A DNA stretch of 63,764 bases, counting the filler, from Bacteroidales bacterium (lineage in GTDB: Bacteria > Bacteroidota > Bacteroidia > Bacteroidales > CAIWKO01): assembly GCA_035389045.1 (NCBI GenBank). It is 3 parts of 3 records of this genome, joined end to end, with 100 filler letters (N's around TTAATTAATTAA, not from the genome) between each part and the next. Parts side by side here need not be neighbours in the genome. Positions count along the whole stretch, not along the records: positions 49,704 to 63,764 come from DAOORA010000089.1; 2 more parts are not named here. The stretch is one strand, 5' to 3'. The notes under the pieces are model-generated. The model had not been told where the DNA came from and did not search any database. It saw only the letters and a list, made by a program, of their open reading frames with translations. Made by a program: the position numbers and the translations under genes. This document shows, piece by piece, positions 59,540-63,764 of this stretch (positions are counted from its first letter, which is position 1; each line of letters opens with the position of its first letter).

Positions 59540-60130
59540 CTATAACTCTCCGTTCTCGATCATGACCACGATCTGTTCTATATCCTTGTCCTTACCCAGC
59601 GGGTCGTAAGTGGTTTTCAGATTATACCCGAAAAAACGTCCAAAAGCCTGATACATGGATGCCACAATACCTCCCCGAAACTCTTTTATGATTTCAAAGG
59701 ATGAAGATCCGGTTTCACGGTCTACCAGTTTTATCAGTATCTCTCCCTGCAGTTCGTTCATATTTTTGATATCGTCTTCAAACTGTGCGACCAGTTCGTC
59801 TTCTGCTTGTTTCATCAGCCGTTTCTTTTCCTTTTTACTTGTCGCCTGATTGATGATATAATTAAACTCCAGTACTTTTACGCTGACAATTTTTGAATAG
59901 GGATAAACTTTTTTGACATGATAAACCAGCTTTGAAAACCGCAGGGCTTCATATTTATTTGCAAAAATCACCGGACCGAAGATCTTGACCTCATTCAGAG
60001 CTATAATAGGCAAGGTATCACCGTTTACGATGATCGCACGTGTTACAATGCTGCTGGTATCCTGAGCAGAGACAGAAAAAAAACTTTTAAATAAAACAGA
60101 TAATAACAGCAAAACAAATTTTTTCATCAT
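59540..60130 (-). CDS. DUF4294-like protein
   Basis: GDTLP, VKKVYPY, QGEILIKLVDRETG, FGYNLK. Confidence 0.75.
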   Translation of the reverse strand: MMKKFVLLLLSVLFKSFFSVSAQDTSSIVTRAIIVNGDTLPIIALNEVKIFGPVIFANKYEALRFSKLVYHVKKVYPYSKIVSVKVLEFNYIINQATSKKEKKRLMKQAEDELVAQFEDDIKNMNELQGEILIKLVDRETGSSSFEIIKEFRGGIVASMYQAFGRFFGYNLKTTYDPLGKDKDIEQIVVMIENGEL

Positions 60131-60177
60131 ATGAATATCTGGGTAATCCTATTTCAATTTTTATGCCAGTATCCCTG

Positions 60178-60960
60178 TCAGATAAAACGCCGGATAAACC
60201 GAAGTTTATGAGTATAACAATGAAGTTCATTATTAAAAATCCCTTCATGGTCAATTTCATCGATACGCACCTTTCCTGATGCATGAATAATTTTCTGATT
60301 AAATAAAATAATACCCGTATGAATAATATTGTTTTCAGAGTTTTCAAAAAAAGCAAGGTCTCCCGGCATAGCTTCCGAAATAAAATCGATGTTTTTACCC
60401 TGCACTGCCTGTTGGGCTGCATCGCGGGCAATGTGAATACCGCATAATTTCATTACCATTTGTGTAAGACCCGAGCAGTCTATTCCAAAAGGTGATCTGC
60501 CACCCCAAAAATAAGGAGCATTCAGATACTGTCTGGCATATTCCGTGATAACGGTTCCGGTAATCTTTTTCTGGCTGCCGGTATAATCCGATTCAAAAAT
60601 ATATTCATTACCGGCTATAGTCAATGTATTTCCGGCGATGGCAGGCAGGCTGCTTCCCATCACTACGGGAAAAAAGAGGTTCAGGGTTTTATTACAGATC
60701 AGTTGTACCACATCCGTAACAACAGCCGTGTTATTACTGTTCATGCTGCTGAATTCATCATCCGTTAAAAAACAGCATTGTTTTTTATCAATCCATCCCT
60801 CATAAGAATCAGAAACAGTCATTATTTTCATCCAGGAGTCGAAAGTTTCAGTCACCTGAAACAATTCTCCGAACAACAACTGAGAAACCTGCTCCGCAAT
60901 ATCGGAAGGCCCGGAACGGACAGGAACCACACTTAAAATACAGATACCTTGTGACATCAT
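60178..60960 (-). CDS. C40 family peptidase with N-terminal SH3-like domain
   Basis: SQLLFGE, YEGW, YLNAPYFWGGRSPFGIDCSG, RDAAQQ, GDLAFF, HTGI, IIHASG; start taken at ATG 60960. Confidence 0.9.
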   Translation of the reverse strand: MMSQGICILSVVPVRSGPSDIAEQVSQLLFGELFQVTETFDSWMKIMTVSDSYEGWIDKKQCCFLTDDEFSSMNSNNTAVVTDVVQLICNKTLNLFFPVVMGSSLPAIAGNTLTIAGNEYIFESDYTGSQKKITGTVITEYARQYLNAPYFWGGRSPFGIDCSGLTQMVMKLCGIHIARDAAQQAVQGKNIDFISEAMPGDLAFFENSENNIIHTGIILFNQKIIHASGKVRIDEIDHEGIFNNELHCYTHKLRFIRRFI

Positions 60961-61005
60961 TTTTTTTAGCAAAATAAGGGATTTTTTATGAAAGTATCGT
61001 ATTTT

Positions 61006-61662
61006 TTATAAGGTGAGTGCCCTGTTCAGAAAATCATTCAGCGGTTTCATCTCCCTGAAAACCTTCACCGCATAGCTGATAAGTTCTTTCTCACTAAAGG
61101 CCGTGGGTTGGTAAAAATGATTGACATAATAATCTTTGAGTTTGAGGTATTCTCCGCCCTGAAAACCGTTTGGAAATCCGGTCGGAAGCCTTTGTAATTT
61201 GTCTCCGGTCACATCCCCGAATAAATCGCAAAACTTCTTCGCCGAAATGATCTTTGTGAATTCATCAAAATTATAATATATTTCCTGGCGTATTGATTTC
61301 AGCACGTCGGGCGGAGGCATGTATATCCCTCCCGACAAAAAGCAATTTCCCGGTTCCAGATGAAAATAATAACCCGCAGAGGGCGTCTTTTTCCCATTCT
61401 TATTAAAATATGCACCAAAATTTGTCTTGTATGGAGCTTTATCTTTTGAGAATCGCACATCCCTGAATATCCTGAAAATACATTCTCGGGGGTTGAGCGT
61501 TCTGATATCTTCATCAAAAGCCGCAATTTCCCGGTGCAATGAAGTCATTAATACAATGAAATCATTCCTTGCCGCTTCATATTTTGATTTATTGTCAGCA
61601 AACCACTGCCGGTTATTATTCCCGGAAATCTCAGTCAAAAATTTTAAAATTCTATCTGTCAT
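61006..61662 (-). CDS. DUF2461 / TIGR02453 family protein
   Basis: NNNRQWF, FRIFRDVRFSKDKAPYK, GYYFHLEPG. Confidence 0.88.
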   Translation of the reverse strand: MTDRILKFLTEISGNNNRQWFADNKSKYEAARNDFIVLMTSLHREIAAFDEDIRTLNPRECIFRIFRDVRFSKDKAPYKTNFGAYFNKNGKKTPSAGYYFHLEPGNCFLSGGIYMPPPDVLKSIRQEIYYNFDEFTKIISAKKFCDLFGDVTGDKLQRLPTGFPNGFQGGEYLKLKDYYVNHFYQPTAFSEKELISYAVKVFREMKPLNDFLNRALTL

Positions 61663-61820
61663 ATTAGTAATCCATTATTATATTTACAAAATTATTTATT
61701 ATCTTTACAAACTATAATTAAAATTGTAATTAATTTTTATATTAGATAAAAAAATAACTTTGTATGCAAGTGAAAAACCTTCATATTACGTTATAATTAA
61801 TAAAAATTAAATTATAGGGT

Positions 61821-63764
61821 ATGTTACATTATAAAAAATTCTTTCTTACTGCTTTTTTACTTTTCACCATACACCATTTCAACTTTGCCCAAAACAGTAA
61901 TATCTTTAACATAAATACGGACACAGACGAATTGACATCAGTCAGGGTGCAGGTATATTTTTACCTGGGATTATTTCAGGATTCTATTGTTCACCTTGTA
62001 TGGGAAAATTATGATCAGAATAATATCAGGCAGGTTGTGGTAGAATCGAGCAACGATGGAATAAACTTCACACGATGTTCGGGTGCATTTATCGCAAACC
62101 TTTTTGACATTCATATTTTAAATTACCCTAAGGAGCTTGAGTATAACAGCACTGTATTGAAATCAAGTGAAAGCGGCAATACCCGATTCATTTACAATGA
62201 CGTAGTGCCTCATGCAGATTTCAAACTTCAGGCCAGGTGGTACCGTATAAAAATGCATACTAACACAGGGCTGATCTACACTTCACAAACCGTATGCACC
62301 AATGACCAGCCCGGTATGATGCCAACAAAAACCAAAGAAATCCCAAACGAAAAAATTCTGAACAATCATTCAGAATATACCTGGGTTCCCGGTCAAAAAG
62401 CGGGTTGTTCACCTGTACAGACGCCTCCGGCGGGTTCTACTCCAACCGGGAATACGCAGACTTTTTACGGAGATTGTTGTTCCTGGGTCGAAACCCAGTA
62501 CCAGGGAGCAAGTGCAGTATTAACTGATTGCGGGGGTGATAGTTACGCCTGGTGCTGCAACAATGTTCCGGGAGCTGCCGCCTGTGCTTCAGGTTATGTT
62601 TCCGACCCATGCTGTGTCCATTATTGCAATGAGTATAATTCATGCAGTTGTCACCCCTGGGAGTGCTGCGCATCATCCACAGTGAACACATGGGTTGTCA
62701 CACAGTCATCTTCCTATCCACCTATCACGGTATCGGTATCAGCATCACCTTCCAGTATCTGTGTCGGACAATGTGCTAATCTGTCAGCATCGGGAGCATC
62801 CAGTTATACCTGGGTCGGCGGCAATTTGCCCGGATCATCATCCACAGGGGCAAACATCAGCGTGTGTCCTACAACAACTACAACTTATACCGTTACCGGT
62901 ACCGACTCGCATAACTGCACAAACACCGCCTCTGTAACGATTACATTAAATCCGCCAACCATCTCCGGGACTTTGAGTTTGTGCATCAGTGCCACAACCC
63001 AACTCACAGGTTCGGGGACTCCGGCCACTTCCAATCCCTGGATTTCAACCAATACCGGCATTGCATCCGTGAATAATTCCGGACTGGTCACCGGTATTTC
63101 TGCCGGAACCAGTAACATTACCTACACGAACAATTTCGGATGCACCAATAGTGCGACCGTCACGGTAAAACCCACCCCTACGGTTACTGTACCGGCAAAT
63201 ATAACTGTATGCAGCGGAGCGGATGTTACAGGCGCCATGTTCACCAGCAACCCGCCAGGAGGTACATATACGTGGTCCAACACTAATGCCGCCATAGGAT
63301 TAGCGGCAGGGGGAACCGGTAATGTACCGTCATTTAACGCCACCAATACGGGAACCGCGCCTATCTCAGGAATTATTACGGTGACACCAACGGTGAACAG
63401 TTGCATCGGGACACCTTCATCATACACTATTACCGTCAACCCAACCCCGTCAGTTGTTGTTCCGTCGGATATCACGGTTTGTAATGGCTCCAGTGTTTCC
63501 GGAACCAACTTTACAAGCCCCACTTCCGGTGCTATCTTTGTATGGACAAACAGCAATACCGACATCGGCCTGACAGGTGCCGGAACCGGTAATATTCCTT
63601 TATTCACCGCAACAAATACAGGCAGCGACCCTATTTCGGCCACCATCACCGTTGTGCCTTCAGCCAACAGTTGCCCGGGCACCTCATTATCTTACACCGT
63701 TACAGTGAACCCCACGCCAATGGTGATTGTTCCTGCTGATACCACCATTTGTGACGGTACCGTC
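61821..63764 (+). CDS. Large surface/adhesin-like protein with Cys-rich domain and Ig/PKD-like repeats; 3' end runs off the window
   Basis: Not in the ORF track; hand-translated from ATG 61821 (MLHYKKFFLTAFLLF... signal peptide), no stop seen; BIG2-like WISTNTGIASVNNSGLVTG; tandem ~86-aa repeats (ITVC...TW.N.N..IGL...GTGN.P.F.ATN...ITV.P..NSC.G); -7 box TAACTTTG at 61755-61762. Confidence 0.85.
   Translation, partial: MLHYKKFFLTAFLLFTIHHFNFAQNSNIFNINTDTDELTSVRVQVYFYLGLFQDSIVHLVWENYDQNNIRQVVVESSNDGINFTRCSGAFIANLFDIHILNYPKELEYNSTVLKSSESGNTRFIYNDVVPHADFKLQARWYRIKMHTNTGLIYTSQTVCTNDQPGMMPTKTKEIPNEKILNNHSEYTWVPGQKAGCSPVQTPPAGSTPTGNTQTFYGDCCSWVETQYQGASAVLTDCGGDSYAWCCNNVPGAAACASGYVSDPCCVHYCNEYNSCSCHPWECCASSTVNTWVVTQSSSYPPITVSVSASPSSICVGQCANLSASGASSYTWVGGNLPGSSSTGANISVCPTTTTTYTVTGTDSHNCTNTASVTITLNPPTISGTLSLCISATTQLTGSGTPATSNPWISTNTGIASVNNSGLVTGISAGTSNITYTNNFGCTNSATVTVKPTPTVTVPANITVCSGADVTGAMFTSNPPGGTYTWSNTNAAIGLAAGGTGNVPSFNATNTGTAPISGIITVTPTVNSCIGTPSSYTITVNPTPSVVVPSDITVCNGSSVSGTNFTSPTSGAIFVWTNSNTDIGLTGAGTGNIPLFTATNTGSDPISATITVVPSANSCPGTSLSYTVTVNPTPMVIVPADTTICDGTV

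Noticed and set aside
62437..63682. Minus-strand ORFs of 77-186 aa
   Set aside because: Antisense shadows of the Thr/Gly-rich plus-strand adhesin frame

Overview
The window is three unrelated contigs of an AT-rich Bacteroidota genome (Bacteroidales-like; T9SS C-terminal domains, SusC/D, TAnnTTTG promoters), joined by artificial 100-nt N/TTAATTAATTAA spacers at 24999-25098 and 49604-49703. Adjacency across the spacers is not biological. Contig 1 (1-24998) holds a ~19-kb starch/maltodextrin utilisation locus: four GH13 enzymes, two enzyme-free T9SS-secreted putative starch-binding proteins, an MFS transporter, susC/susD and malQ. It then has a REP-associated tyrosine transposase with its REP palindromes, and the edge of a divergent T6SS(iii)-like locus: a TssH/ClpV with a degenerate first ATPase ring, an NlpC/P60-LysM hydrolase and a 5'-interrupted tssF. 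Contig 2 (25099-49603) holds housekeeping genes (trmN6, rimM, rpsP, lpxA, lpxC-fabZ, ald, tsaE, porX, HD protein, lpxD). A ~13-kb accessory block lies between the HD gene and lpxD. It contains a MITE-like element, a duplicated ~415-bp leader whose similarity fades at a GTT in front of two unrelated T9SS cargo genes, a run of small co-oriented cassette-like genes and a degenerate attC-like hairpin. Contig 3 (49704-63764) holds REP-like repeats, a TonB receptor, a methyltransferase, asnB, pcm, an oxidoreductase, a sugar transferase, a C40 peptidase and the 5' part of a large Ig/PKD-repeat surface protein with an unusual 14-Cys domain. Two long edge-truncated genes missing from the ORF track (3-2504 minus, 61821-63764 plus) were translated by hand. 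All family assignments come from motif recognition, not database searches.
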